From Octopus bimaculoides (lineage: Eukaryota), in assembly GCF_001194135.2 (NCBI RefSeq), contig NC_068987.1, positions 50,127,831 through 50,191,830 of the forward strand: 64,000 nucleotides of DNA, given 5' to 3'. This document shows, piece after piece, positions 27,136 through 40,650 of this stretch. The number at the start of each line of letters is the position of its first letter. Positions within the stretch are counted from its first letter, which is position 1. The position numbers and the translations under genes are program-made. The notes beneath the pieces are model-generated. The model ran no database searches. It was not told the DNA's origin and saw nothing but the letters and a program-made list of their open reading frames with translations.

Positions 27136-27730
27136 TGGATGACAAGCTGGCAGAATGGTTAGGACATTGGACAAAATACCATGTGGTGTCTCTTCCCGTG
27201 CTTTATGTTTCAGTAGGTTAACTTTGCCTTTATCCCTGTGTGGTTGATAAAATAAAGTACCAGTTAAGTGCCAGGGTTGATTGTCTCGGCTTCCCCTTCC
27301 CCTCGAAACTGCTGACCTTGTGTCTAAATCAGAAACCATTAAAGGTACTGAGTTGGTAGAATTGCTAGTGCATTGAACAAGAAGCTCAGCAGCATCTTTT
27401 GTGGATCTTTATGTTCTGAGTTCAAATTCTGCCATGGTTGACTTTAGCTTTGATCCTTTCAGAGCTTGTATAATTAGTATTAGTTGAGCACTGGGGTCAA
27501 TATAATCGACTAACCTCTTTCCCTGAATTTGCTGGCCTTCTACCAAAATGTGAAACCATTATTATTATCATTTTTATTATTGTTATTAATATTATTAAGG
27601 CAGTAAGCTGGCAGAATCATTACTATGCTGGACAAAATGCTTAACTGCATTTCTTCTGGCTTTACGTTCTGAGTTCAAATTGACATACCCCCTCCCCCAA
27701 AATTTCTGGTCTTGTGCCGGAGTTTGAAAT
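27136..27730 (+). mobile_element. Three head-to-tail SINE family B copies
   Basis: Heads at about 27136, 27343 and 27598; the first two end in AAACCATT(ATT)n. Confidence 0.75.
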
Positions 27731-27820
27731 CATCATCATCATCACCATCATCATCACCATCATCATCATTCTTCTTCTTCTTCTTCTTCTTCTTATTACT
27801 ATTATTATTATTACTATTAT
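27728..27820. repeat. Compound trinucleotide microsatellite (CAT/CAC)(TTC)(TTA)
   Basis: Direct reading; follows a SINE B tail. Confidence 0.9.
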
Positions 27821-29259
27821 CTATCAGTGTGTATCACCCTTGTTTATTTGCCCTAAAAGTTGTATATGTATGTGTGTATGTATGCCCTTATAGTTCTCTG
27901 CATACATCTGTTTATCTGTTAACCTGTGTATTTATGTGTATTTGCCAACTTTATATCTCTTGTTTACATCTATGTGACACTGTTTATCTATCAAACTGTT
28001 TTTATTTATGTATCATTCTGTCTGTTACTCTGTGTGGGTTGCTACGTGTTGCTTGTGTTACTCCTCCCCCGTGTGTTTACGACAGCTGCTAGTGTGCAAC
28101 AGTGAGTTCTTGAAACTAGGGTTCGATTCAGTTTTTGGTTCTCAGTTGGAGTCACTTTCATTTGTATGGTTAATGTCCTTGAGAAAATAAGCATGTATAT
28201 CACAACATTTCATCTTCCTCTCATAAAGACACTTAGAACATAATTACTCTTCCTCCACGCACATTCATCTATGTCTTTGTGCACACAGACACACCTGAAT
28301 ATATTTAGATGAACGAATCTATATAAAGCCTTCATCCCATACTTATGCTATTGTATTATGTAGGCTTCCTACATACATACTCAAATACACTATGCATATT
28401 GTCACATATGATGGAAACACACACTCACATGCACACACAGTGTATAAAATGCTTTATAGATAGATTAAATTTCTGTATCCCCAGTTCAGCTGCTAAAACG
28501 CTGTCACTAGTCAATATCTATATCTTTTTAGCTTGTCACTGATAATTCCTTTATACAGGTTTCAACCATTTAGATCTGTTTATGATAACACATACATAAT
28601 AACGTATAGAAGGCCAAACAAATAAACTCTTGTATGTAATTTCCACATCATACATTCATAGATGTGCTCATATATGGAAGCACATATTAAAATATAATCT
28701 CTCTCTCCATGCATGCACCTATATTTATATATGTATGCATGTATGTATGTATGTATGTATGTATGTATATGTGTGTATAATATATATGTATGTGTATATG
28801 CATGTTTGTATGCTTATGTGAGTATATATATATATATATATATATATATGTCATATTTTGGCCAATTAAACAAACACACTATATTCTTGGTTTTCACGTT
28901 AGCTTTATTATTATTATTATTTAGTGTCCTTTATCTAAGCTCTTTTGTCACACATCAGAATGGACAGAGTGGACTAAACAGAACAAGAAGAGACACATAG
29001 GATAAAGAGTTGCCAAAGAGGCCACAGGATGTGTAACAAAAGAGCTTACACAAAGGATACAAAGATAATGATAATTATAAAGCTGAAGTTGAAGACCAAG
29101 TATTATAATGCATGTGTTTAATTGGCAAAAATATGACCATCCTCAAATATAACAATATCTGTTTCAACAGTTCAACACGATTTCACATCAAGAATTCTGT
29201 AAAACAAATTCATAAACATTTACATACATACATACATATATATATATGTATAGATATAT

Positions 29260-29640
29260 AAAATATGAAATTGGACATGAACACAAATCATCCAGACAGT
29301 TAGGCGATACAAAAAACAGGACAACGAAACATCCAGAGAGACGATACAAAGAAAACAAGGATGGGTCATTTGGAGTTTTCTTTCCTCAGTTGAGTTCCAG
29401 ATTCTCTTTACAATTTCGGCTGGTTATACTCAAGTTTGCTCCAATCTGGCCAGCCATAAGGAAAAACTAATCTAAGAGCACTAGATTCCTTGGAAGAAAG
29501 CAGTGAATGTATATGAAAACAAGGATGGAAAAAACGGAGAAACGGTACGCAAATACAAATAACAGAACATTAACAATAGATGTCTTTCGACTAAGAACAA
29601 ATTAAATTAAGCTGGTGTGTGTGGAAGTAAAGCCAAAAAT
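29260..29640. repeat. Unclassified, CpG-retaining probable interspersed repeat
   Basis: Composition differs from the flanks. Internal imperfect duplication of CATCCAGA...CGATACAAA and a repeated GAAAACAAGGATGG; no ORF. Confidence 0.45.
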
Positions 29641-30433
29641 TTTGATTGTAATTCAAATTGTTTTTTTGAAGTAAATGAATGCTAAATTTATTTGCATGAA
29701 TTGCATGTTATATGAAATAAGTGTGTTCGTTCACCAAAACATATGTGACATTGATTTGACTTCTCTTTACCTCAATTTAAATTATTGTTATTTACTCTGT
29801 TAAGATTATAACATATCTACTTGATATACATGCCTTGGATTGACGATGTGCTCTTTTAATAATTGACCAAAGTACAAACAATCTTCCTTTGGTTAATTAA
29901 AAGATGTAACCTTTACATTATTATTAAATTCCTAGGCTAGCTAGATTCCTGAATGAAGTGCTGCTGAGGTGATTGCCTGGATTTTACTTATTTTGTTAAT
30001 TATTATTATTATTGTAATTATAATGATAATAAAAATATATAATTTCGATATTACAGAACTTCACTGCAGGTTAAATATCAATGTAAATACATTCCTTCTA
30101 TACTACTGATATGTGGAAAAAAAGTGGGAGGGCGTCTCCTGATGGACTGTTTCACATTTTGTAGACTACTCCTCAGAGAAAACATACCCAGTTTTCTTCT
30201 TAATCAGTAGCATTATCAGCTACTTATAAAGCAGTTCTGAATTAGGTTAGCACTCTGATGGAGAGCCTAATTTGCATATTTGTGCTTTTGATGGTTTATT
30301 ATTAATTATACTGTCATGCATATATATATATATATATTAAATTCAAATTACAATAAACGTAAACAAACAAATGAAGTTTGCTTTTAGAACCGTTGAGATG
30401 TCTTAGAAAGTTAAAGAAGTGATTTTTAAATTA

Positions 30434-30576
30434 TCAAACGCAGGATAATGCTAATAATATAGCCTGAACAGGATAAGCTACCCCTATTTTGCAGAAAAAA
30501 GTGTTGGCGTTTTTTCTGCAAAATAACGGTAGCTTATCCTGTTCAGGCTATATTATTAGCATTATCCTGTGTTTGA
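30434..30576. repeat. 143-bp near-perfect palindrome, probable Tc1/mariner-type MITE
   Basis: 67-bp arms (30434-30500 and 30510-30576) with 3 mismatches and a 9-nt loop. TA at 30432-33 and 30578-79. Confidence 0.85.
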
Positions 30577-30601
30577 GTATATATATATATANNNNNNNNN
30601 N

Positions 30602-30665
<64 letters not shown>

Positions 30666-31054
30666 CCAAACACATTGGTGTGTGTGTGTGTGTGTGTGTA
30701 TGTCTATATATAATATATATATACCTGCCAACACTTCTGTAAAATTGAATGTGTAAATTAAGTCATGAATGATAATTTTCCTGTAATTTCCTTTGATGAT
30801 GATGTTCATTTGAAATGTCAGGACACATTCCTTATTTTAGTTTTTCCTCGCCATATGTTTGCAAGGACTGAGTCATTGGATAAATAAATAAATAAGAAAC
30901 ACAAAAATAAATCACTGTTTACAAGTGTATTTTTTCACAAACGTTGGATGTTAGATGCTATTTCTGTTTTGTTTTTAATCTACAGGTTTTTATCCATTTT
31001 TACTTTTCTGTTCCTACATCTTGACGTCAGTATGCTGCTCAAGCATAGTTTCTT

Positions 31055-31291
31055 TTTTTTATTCATTGTTTAGCTTTTAAACTGGGTCATCTTTGGCCAA
31101 AATATTCTACCTGCTTTATATTTCAACTGGCTTGATCTAGCCTCTTACACTTAACCTTCCAATGTCATTCTATAAATAGACAATCACATAATTGAAATCT
31201 GAAAGCTATGAAATAATGCATGATTAATTCAAAACAATGTAATTAGTTAAGCATTGCATTTGACTGAGTAATCTGGATGCTAAAGGGTTAA
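31055..31291 (+). mobile_element. piggyBac-type MITE family P1
   Basis: Same body as 19524 and 24699; right end GATGCTAAAGGG|TTAA; left end decayed. Confidence 0.75.
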
Positions 31292-33214
31292 ATTATTGAC
31301 TTAGAATGAAGGTACGCTAATGGGTTTGTTACTTGCTCACTTCCAACTAGCCAATCAGTACATTGAGTACTATATTTTGTAATGCTGTAGTTTTGGGGTC
31401 TCCCCTTTGAATTACCTTAGGTAGTAAACCCTTAAGGAAGACCATTTTCTTGTGATTTTATTATTATCATTTTGTTAATTTTGCCTTTTTGGCTTGTGTT
31501 CTGTGTTAAATTATGTTGAAATGGAGTTTGAATCACTAGAACTGGCTGAGAAGTAATGAAGTTTCATTTGTACAAGTGCAACAGGGGAAGTAATTTTTGT
31601 GTGTATTATGTATGTGCATCTGTGTGTGTGTGTGTAGTTTTATTCTCTGCATTGTTAATCCGCTGTTTTATATCTTGTCCTTAAACTGCCCTTGGTGTCT
31701 TGGGCCCTTGTGACCAATGGATGAAATTATTATTGCTGCCTTTCATAATTTCAGGGTTGATAAAATAAAGTACCGCTCTTTCTTCATGTATTTGTCTGTT
31801 CTCTGATATTTAGAGTAATGGGTTAATAGAGTCCAGTAGACAAGTAAAGTAAGGAGTGACAGAAATGGACAGTAGTGTCAGACTCAATACTGTACTCTAT
31901 ACTGTGTAGTAGTTATTGTCACAGTACATCCTGAGTTCAAATTTCTTGAGAGGTGGTTTTGCTCTTCATCCAATCAAAAATTAAAAAGTAGTACCACTGT
32001 ATACTAGTCACTTGTACCTGCTGTGGCATTCACCCATGCTGGATTGAGCTGATTCCAAGCAATGAGTTCATTATACCCCTCATGAATGCTGACCACATCT
32101 GACAGTTGACCCTAATGTTCCAATAGGCAAAGCAATGCTTCTGCCTGCAGTTCAAAAATACAGCTTGCAAAAGCTCCTCTTGGAGAAAAAAGCATTTTGG
32201 ATAGCAGGGATGCCATGGCTGTAGTCATCATTCATTGTTGAATTGTAGACTTCATGTTGAGAGTTTCAGTGGGAATATAAGTTCACATGTGGTTCCCAGT
32301 CACATGTATATACACTTTGGGCTTGTGTCATCGATAGCAGCTCATTTTGCTATTGGTTGATGATCATCACAGAGGATTCACTGACCAAGTCATTGCTAAT
32401 TATGAGAGCAGACATAGCCTGGGTTTGAAGTGGGTAGTACACACACTAATTAACCAATAGCTGGGATCCTAACAGGTGCTACTACTATTCCAGGTCAGAG
32501 GAAACCTGAGAACAATAGTGGCTAAGATGTGGTTCCACACTCCTCAAAACCCTGGAACTTTCATACCAAGGCCCCATTACTGTATGCAGTTTAAAGTCTT
32601 ATAAGTTTCTTTTAGTTTTCACCTTCCAAATCCTGTCATAAGACTTTGGTCAGCTTGAGGCTATAGTAGAAAAGTGCCTTCTAATGTACTATGCAATGGG
32701 AATGAAGAAAACTACTGAACCACACAGCCACATTTGTACCAATAAGTGTCAAATTTGTATAAATAAAATATAGAAAACCAGCCTGAACTCTGCTGATCTG
32801 AAATTAATTTTATTGAGGGGGAGATTCCTCTAAAATCTTCAGTTAGTTCTGAATGTCTGTAAGTGTATATGAAAAAGTTACTGTCTTCAATAATTGTTTT
32901 CAAATAGCATTTCATTCTAGCGTACCCAGTGATATATAAACTATTTTCTTTTTTTCTTTCTTTCCATTCTCTTTTGTTATAATAATTCTGTTGAAATTTC
33001 ACACCATATTATTCATTAATGTACACTTAACATTGGTAACTGTTTTTTTTTTTATCATTGTTAATTTATCTTTGTTCATGGCATTTCTAATGACAGACAA
33101 CACCAAGTGTTCTGTTAGGCTTTCTAGACAAGATCACTCAATCTACAAATGAAGAAAATATTTTGGATCTGGGTGAATCCAGGAATTGTTAAGAGTAATA
33201 TGTAGTACTGACAT

Positions 33215-33710
33215 AGCTTATAGTTAAGAAGTTTGCTTCCCAACCACATCATTTTAGGTTCAGTCCAACCATGTGGCACCTTGGGTAAATGTTTTCTATT
33301 AAAACATCAGGCTGACCAAAGCCTTGTGAGTGGATCTGGTAGACAGATATTGAAAGGAGACCATCATGTATGTGTATGTGTGCAGGCATAGCTGTGTGAT
33401 TAAGAAGCTGACTTGTTAATAAAAGGAATAATGATAATATTAATAATAACATAATATAAATAAAATGTCATGTTTTGGTGCATAACTTTTGGCCTGTTCT
33501 GTATATGTGTGTGTGTTGGTGCTTGACCTCCCATGGCTTGGCAACCAGTGTTGGCTTGTTTACACCCTTGTAACTTAGTGGTTTGGCAACAGAGACAAAT
33601 AGAATAAGTACCAGACTTTAAAAAAAGTCCTGGAGTCAGCTTATTCAACTAAACTGTGCAAGGTAGTGTCCCAGTAGGGCTGCTGCTCAGTGACTGAAAC
33701 AAGCAGAAGA
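33215..33710 (+). mobile_element. SINE family A, tail type 1 (interrupted)
   Basis: Head at 33215-33390 and tail-1 body at 33500-33705. Confidence 0.7.
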
Positions 33711-33867
33711 TATATTTGTTGCTTGTATTTGCATTTTGTAACTATAAGCAGGTGTAGATATAATGAACATATTGTGCTAATATTTGGTCTCCGTTTGTCT
33801 ATTAATTCCTAGGCAGTGCTTTGATGCTGTTAACCTCATTGAATGCTACTGCCTGTAATGATATCCG

Positions 33868-33986
33868 TTAAGCAACTGATGATGGGATATATGCTGGATG
33901 TGCCTGTTTGTGTTGTTGTTGACTGTGAACCTGTTGCATCTTATGTTCCCAGGGTTTTGGAGTTTTTGTTTGAGATTCTTGTTCTG
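33868..33986 (-). CDS. Candidate terminal coding exon of an unidentified gene: (A)EQESQTKTPKPWEHKMQQVHSQQQHKQAHPAYIPSSVA*
   Basis: Minus-strand acceptor ACTAATTTGAATTTTAG|CAG with a CTAAT branch-like motif, then 38 hydrophilic codons to TAA in non-repeat DNA. No homologue recognised. Confidence 0.3.
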
Positions 33987-34019
33987 CTAAAATTCAAATT
34001 AGTTTCTGGAAGTTTAGTT

Positions 34020-34020
34020 A

Positions 34021-34076
<56 letters not shown>

Positions 34077-35044
34077 NNNNNNNNNNNNNNNNNNNNNNNN
34101 NNNNNNNNNNNNNNNNNNNNNNNNNNNNNNNNNNNNNNNNNNNNNNNNNNNNNNNNNNNNNNNNNNNNNNNNNNNNNNNNNNNNNNNNNNNNNNNNNNNN
34201 NNNNNNNNNNNNNNNNNNNNNNNNNNNNNNNNNNNNNNNNNNNNNNNNNNNNNNNNNNNNNNNNNNNNNNNNNNNNNNNNNNNNNNNNNNNNNNNNNNNN
34301 NNNNNNNNNNNNNNNNNNNNNNNNNNNNNNNNNNNNNNNNNNNNNNNNNNNNNNNNNNNNNNNNNNNNNNNNNNNNNNNNNNNNNNNNNNNNNNNNNNNN
34401 NNNNNNNNNNNNNNNNNNNNNNNNNNNNNNNNNNNNNNNNNNNNNNNNNNNNNNNNNNNNNNNNNNNNNNNNNNNNNNNNNNNNNNNNNNNNNNNNNNNN
34501 NNNNNNNNNNNNNNNNNNNNNNNNNNNNNNNNNNNNNNNNNNNNNNNNNNNNNNNNNNNNNNNNNNNNNNNNNNNNNNNNNNNNNNNNNNNNNNNNNNNN
34601 NNNNNNNNNNNNNNNNNNNNNNNNNNNNNNNNNNNNNNNNNNNNNNNNNNNNNNNNNNNNNNNNNNNNNNNNNNNNNNNNNNNNNNNNNNNNNNNNNNNN
34701 NNNNNNNNNNNNNNNNNNNNNNNNNNNNNNNNNNNNNNNNNNNNNNNNNNNNNNNNNNNNNNNNNNNNNNNNNNNNNNNNNNNNNNNNNNNNNNNNNNNN
34801 NNNNNNNNNNNNNNNNNNNNNNNNNNNNNNNNNNNNNNNNNNNNNNNNNNNNNNNNNNNNNNNNNNNNNNNNNNNNNNNNNNNNNNNNNNNNNNNNNNNN
34901 NNNNNNNNNNNNNNNNNNNNNNNNNNNNNNNNNNNNNNNNNNNNTACATACATACATACATACATACATACATACATACATACATACATACATACATACA
35001 TACATACATACATACATACATACATACATACATACATACATACG
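34020..35044. repeat. (CGCA)n - gap - (TACA)n compound microsatellite
   Basis: Direct reading; N-gap 34077-34944. Confidence 0.95.
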
Positions 35045-35679
35045 TGTGTGTGTGCATGCTTGTTTTGACATTGAGTGATAGTTGTAAAAATGAGTGTCAC
35101 TGTGATACAAATAGCATCATTCATTGCAAAACCTGCCTCAACAAATTATGTCTAACCTATGCAAACAGAAAACTGTATGCTATGTGGTTGGAAAACAAAC
35201 TTTTTAGCCACACAGCCATGCCTGTGCCTTTCTGAATTAAAAAAAAAAAATTTCAAAATAGCAAGAAATAAGTATGACAAAATAAAAAAAAAAGCAGTAA
35301 GGACCCTTCCCCCTCAAAGAAACAACAAGGAAACAAGAACTACATATTGTTGAAATTATTTTAAAGAACAGAACTAATTGTTTGTGAATTTCTGTTGGTG
35401 TTGTTAGTCCTTATCTGAAATTTCAATTATTTCCTGTTTTTTACTATTTTTCTGGAAATGTGAGTTTAAGGCGGCATCATAACATTTCCAGTTTCCTCCG
35501 ATAAATATGATTAAAATGTGCTGAGAATAAGGAGAACCTTTGTTGTTATGAAAGAATTTCTTTTAATATCCAGACTAAGCACAATATTAAGTACGTTGCC
35601 ACATTGTCATATTTTTTTTAAAGAATATTTTGAGAAAAGCATTTTGTTTTGGAGATAAAAAAAATGTATCATCATCATC

Positions 35680-35913
35680 ATCATTGTTTTAACATCCACT
35701 TCTCAATGCTTGCATGAGTTAGTTGGAGTTTAATGAGGCAAATTTTCTGTGGCCAGATGTCCTTCCAGTTGCTAACCTTCACCCTGTTTCCAAGCAAAGT
35801 AATATTTCCCTATGGCCATATATGCTTATGCGGAATATTGGAAATAATTTACACTGCTTGTGTGATAGTGACACTCATTTACAACTCCCATGGGTTGCCA
35901 AGATTAGGACACA

Positions 35914-35945
<32 letters not shown>

Positions 35946-36100
35946 CACTGAGCTTCTTTCAGTTTCCATCTACCAAATCCATTTTCAAAGCTTTGTTCAC
36001 CTGGGGCTATAGTAAAAGGAACTTGTGTGGAGTGCCATGTAGTGTGACTGGATCCAAAACCATGTGTTTGGGAAGCAAACCTGTTAGGCATGTAGCCATG
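35680..36100 (-). mobile_element. SINE family A, tail type 2
   Basis: (CAT)n, tail-2 body, internal (CGCA)n, head. Confidence 0.8.
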
Positions 36101-37632
36101 TCTGCATTGCATCAATGTATATGTAGCAGGCTAGATTTGATGTGCCATATCAATTTGATATAAGGTAGCTTACTACTAAATGTAGCGTATAAATGTAACA
36201 CTTCAAGGTTCTTGTGTTGGAGTAACCAGTGAACATTGAAGAATTAACTCCAAGAAGGAAATGTTATTTACATATATTTATTCGTTTACCCGACAGGTTG
36301 TTACAGAGACAGTAGCAATTCTAGTGATGGTGGTGACAAGGATGGCTCACTGGTTAGTAGTTGATATGTAGAAAAAGTTTGTCTGTCAGTTAAGAGGGAA
36401 AGAGTAAGGTAGTCATGTTGCTGACTAGAAAGGAAGAAAGGATAAAGGTGGCATCACCTTTCTTATGGCTGGCTATGTGGTGAAAAAGTTTGCTTCATAG
36501 TAGTGTGGTTTTGGTTTCATTCCTGCTGTACTGCATCTTGTGCAAGTGTCTTCTATTTTTAGATTCAAATATTACCTTATTTGGAAACAAGGTTGGCAAC
36601 AGGAAGGGAATTTGGCCATAGAAAATCTGCCTCAGTGAATTCTGTCTGATCCATGCAAGCATGAAAAAGTGAACATTAAAGCAATGATGAGTGTTAACGC
36701 CCATTTTTTATGCTGCAATGGGTTGGATGGTTTGACAGGAGCTGACAAGCCAGAGGACTGCATCAAACTCCACTGTCTCTTTTGGCATGGTTTTTACAGC
36801 TGGATACCCTAAAGAGAATAGTGGGTGATTAGTTGTGATGAGTTCTAAGCCTATTAAATTGCAGAACAACCAAAGGTTTTGTCCTTACACAAGGTACTTT
36901 GAACAAGTCAATCCTAGCAGAGCCCTTTTATCTTCATGTGATAAACACAGAATAAATTTTATTCAATACTGCAAAATAATGAAATAGTTGTGAATTTTTC
37001 AGTGCATCAATTGTTTTATAACTCTGCTGTACAAAATTACAATAGGATACAGTAGGCTACTTTAAAGCTAAAAATCTTGCCTATACATGCAGGGCAGCAT
37101 TCCTGTTAGGATACAAACTACTGACCAGTCAGTTTGTAATCTGCTTGATTGTTATTGAATTGATAATGTGTGACACTCTGTTCTAGATTGAATGTTTCAT
37201 GGAATTCATTGTTGGAACAGAAATCTAAATCAGAAGTTGGAGTGATAATGGTTTGTTGATAGTTCAGGACTGAAGCAAGTAATGATGTTTTGCCCAGGAG
37301 GATGGCAACACAAATTGACGCATGGTAGGGCTGAAACCCCCTTGAAGTTTGACTCAGTAAAGCTAGCACTTTTGAACATTGTATCGCACTTCACTGCCAC
37401 TGACATTCAAGAAAAACCAAGTGTAAGGAAATTGTTTTACACTGACACACACAGACACACACACCACACACACACTCATACTCACACACACATGTACCCA
37501 CTTGAAACAGGTGTGTGTATATGTATTGCTCTTTAATAATTAGACTATAATATCTTGAACTTTCTGGAAGGAAATTGTAGCAGAAACTCAATTGAGAAGG
37601 GTCATGGCACTCCCACTATTTTTATTTATTTT

Positions 37633-37672
<40 letters not shown>

Positions 37673-39064
37673 CATATTGCAACTGGGTTCTGAATGTACA
37701 TGGCAAGACCATTAATTAAGAGGTTTATTCTTTATGTAACAAGACATGTTTTTGAAAGTTATAAGTAGACTACATATGTTAAAACATGTACTTCAAGTTT
37801 AGAGGATGCATGCATGTACATAATTAGCTAAAACAACCTTTCATATTTAGTATAAAAGCAAAAAAGTTAACATTTAGTTCATGTTTTGTGTTCAACAGCT
37901 GGTTCATTAACATAAACATCAATGAATGTATAATTACATAATTGTGACATAATTAATTTAAAATTAGAGTACATGATTCAAAACTGTACCAGAGTAATTT
38001 GAAGTCCTTTGCATCTTGTTCCATTCATTACATTTACATACCTTATAATAATTCTTTTACCTACAAAATGTATAGTAAAAAAGGCCATCAGAATTATTTT
38101 GTTACCATATTTCTGATGGGATACACTATCTTGTTTAGATCTAAAACACAGAACATAAATAAATAGCAATAACAATAAGATGAACATATATGCAAATATT
38201 GTTTGAACTATTATAAAATTGCTGTCATTAAAAAATAGATGGTCAATGGACTTGGAATAATGCATAAAATGTAAGGCTATAGTTTTAAATAGAAAATACC
38301 AAGTTTTTTCTTTCCTTCATATATCTTTTCTTGTTCAGTAAATTATTAACTTTTTTTTATACTTTCAACAGCTGAGAAATTATCTTTTCTTGTAAAATGA
38401 AAGTTAAACTTCAATTTTTTTTGTTTTGTTTTTAGTTCAACGTTTTTGTTCTGCCTAATTTGACTAGTTTTGTTCTCTTCCCATGTAATACTTCCTGCAG
38501 GATATAGTAAAATATGCATATTTCCTGCAACTCTTCAGAAATAAATAGCTAGAGGTACCCCCTCCTACATTCACGCACAAAGAATGAGAAACTGAGAGAT
38601 ATCAGAAATGCAGATGTGTTTACTTTGTTGTTGTTTGTATATGTATTGGGTTATGTGTGTGTATGTTTTTTGTCTGTTCAACTGAGTGGATATAAGAAAG
38701 AATTTTTCCTATTTTGTTTTTCTTTATATAATATTTTTATTTTTCATACTTTTTAGTATACCAGTAGCCCAGTAGCTGTTCAATATTCTAATGTTTACCT
38801 ACATAGCTGTTAAATAACTATTTTTAGTCAATTTGACAACTGATCTATTTGTCTGAGTTTAGGAAATACCATACTATCCTATATTTTACTTTCTTGAAGA
38901 CCACTCCCACTCTCTCTCATACACCTTCTGTCACTCAGTAGGAACTAATTCAAAGCTATTTTTAGTACCACCTACTCTATTCTTGCAGCTGTCCCCTTTT
39001 CTTCAGGAACCTTCTGTTTGATATGAAGGAAATTGTCCAGTGAACAGAGGATCTTATCTTTTCT

Positions 39065-39460
39065 CTTTTACTTGTTTCAGTCATTAGACTGCGGCAATGC
39101 TGGGGCACTGCATTGAAAGATTTTAATGGACTGAATCGACCCCAGTACCTCTTTCCTTCTTTAAAGCTTCATACTTATTATATTGGTCTCTTTTGCTGAA
39201 CTACTAATTTATAGGGATGTAAATGCACCAACACCGGTTGTCAAGTGGTGATGGGAAACAAATGCCAAGACACACACAGGATTATATATATATATATAAA
39301 CGATGGGCTTCTTTGTTTCCATCTACTAAATCCACTCACAAAGCTTTTGTTGACCTGAGGCTATAGTAGACACTTACCTAAGGTGTCATGCAGTTGGACC
39401 GAATCTGGAACCATGTAGTTGGGAAGCAAACTTCTTACCACACAGCCACTCCTGTGCCTA
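39065..39460 (-). mobile_element. SINE family A, full length, tail type 1
   Basis: TCTTTTACTTGTTTCAGTCATT ... CCACACAGCCACTCCTGTGCC. Confidence 0.85.
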
Positions 39461-39654
39461 TTAGGATTGATTTGAGAACTTTTAGTAGTTAGGTCAGTAT
39501 CTATGTAATTGGGTCTCCTACTAATTACTTATATTTGCACTCTTAAAGATTTTAATATAAGATTGAAATTTTATCATTAATTAGGAGAAAAATAGGATGT
39601 TTGTGGCTTTTGTCTTTGCCAATGAAGCCATTCCTGTTATTAATTAAAACTATA

Positions 39655-39818
39655 GGCTTAGGAGTGGCTGTGTGGTAAGTACCTTGCTTACGAACCACAT
39701 GGTTCTGGGTTCAGTCCCACTGCGTGACACCTTGGGCAAGTGTCTTCTACTGTAGCCTCAGGCCGACCAAGCCTTGTGAGTGGATTTAGTAGATGGAAAC
39801 TGAAAGAAACCCATCATA

Positions 39819-39869
<51 letters not shown>

Positions 39870-40387
39870 NNNNNNNNNNNNNNNNNNNNNNNNNNNNNNN
39901 NNNNNNNNNNNNNNNNNNNNNNNNNNNNNNNNNNNNNNNNNNNNNNNNNNNNNNNNNNNNNNNNNNNNNNNNNNNNNNNNNNNNNNNNNNNNNNNNNNNN
40001 NNNNNNNNNNNNNNNNNNNNNNNNNNNNNNNNNNNNNNNNNNNNNNNNNNNNNNNNNNNNNNNNNNNNNNNNNNNNNNNNNNNNNNNNNNNNNNNNNNNN
40101 NNNNNNNNNNNNNNNNNNNNNNNNNNNNNNNNNNNNNNNNNNNNNNNNNNNNNNNNNNNNNNNNNNNNNNNNNNNNNNNNNNNNNNNNNNNNNNNNNNNN
40201 NNNNNNNNNNNNNNNNNNNNNNNNNNNNNNNNNNNNNNNNNNNNNNNNNNNNNNNNNNNNNNNNNNNNNNNNNNNNNNNNNNNNNNNNNNNNNNNNNNNN
40301 NNNNNNNNNNNNNNNNNNNNNNNNNNNNNNNNNNNNNNNNNNNNNNNNNNNNNNNNNNNNNNNNNNNNNNNNNNNNNNNNNNNNNNN

Positions 40388-40418
<31 letters not shown>

Positions 40419-40650
40419 GTGTCTGTGTGCCTTTGTGTCTGTGTTTGTCCCCCACCAGCACTTGACAACTGGTGTTGGTGTGTTTACATCCCTGTAACTT
40501 AGCAGTTTAGCAAAAGAATCTGACAGAATAAGTACCAGGCTCAACAAAAGGAAAAAGAAATTGAGTAATGGGGTCAATTCATTCAACTAAAATTCTTCAA
40601 GGCAGTGCTCCAGCATGGTCACAGTCTACTGACTGAAACAAGTAAAACAA
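39655..40650 (+). mobile_element. SINE family A, full length, with gap in internal (TA)n
   Basis: GGAGTGGCTGTGTGGTAAG head at 39661. Tail 1 resumes after the gap and ends ACTGAAACAAGTAAAAC. Confidence 0.85.

Noticed and set aside
29370-29400. CTGAGGA..GAAA hammerhead-like core on the minus strand
   Set aside because: No stem II or stem III can form.
36297-36352. + strand exon candidate GCYRDSSNSSDGGDKDGSL
   Set aside because: Decayed AGT/GGT/GAT low-complexity DNA; a similar peptide arises at 57140-57220.
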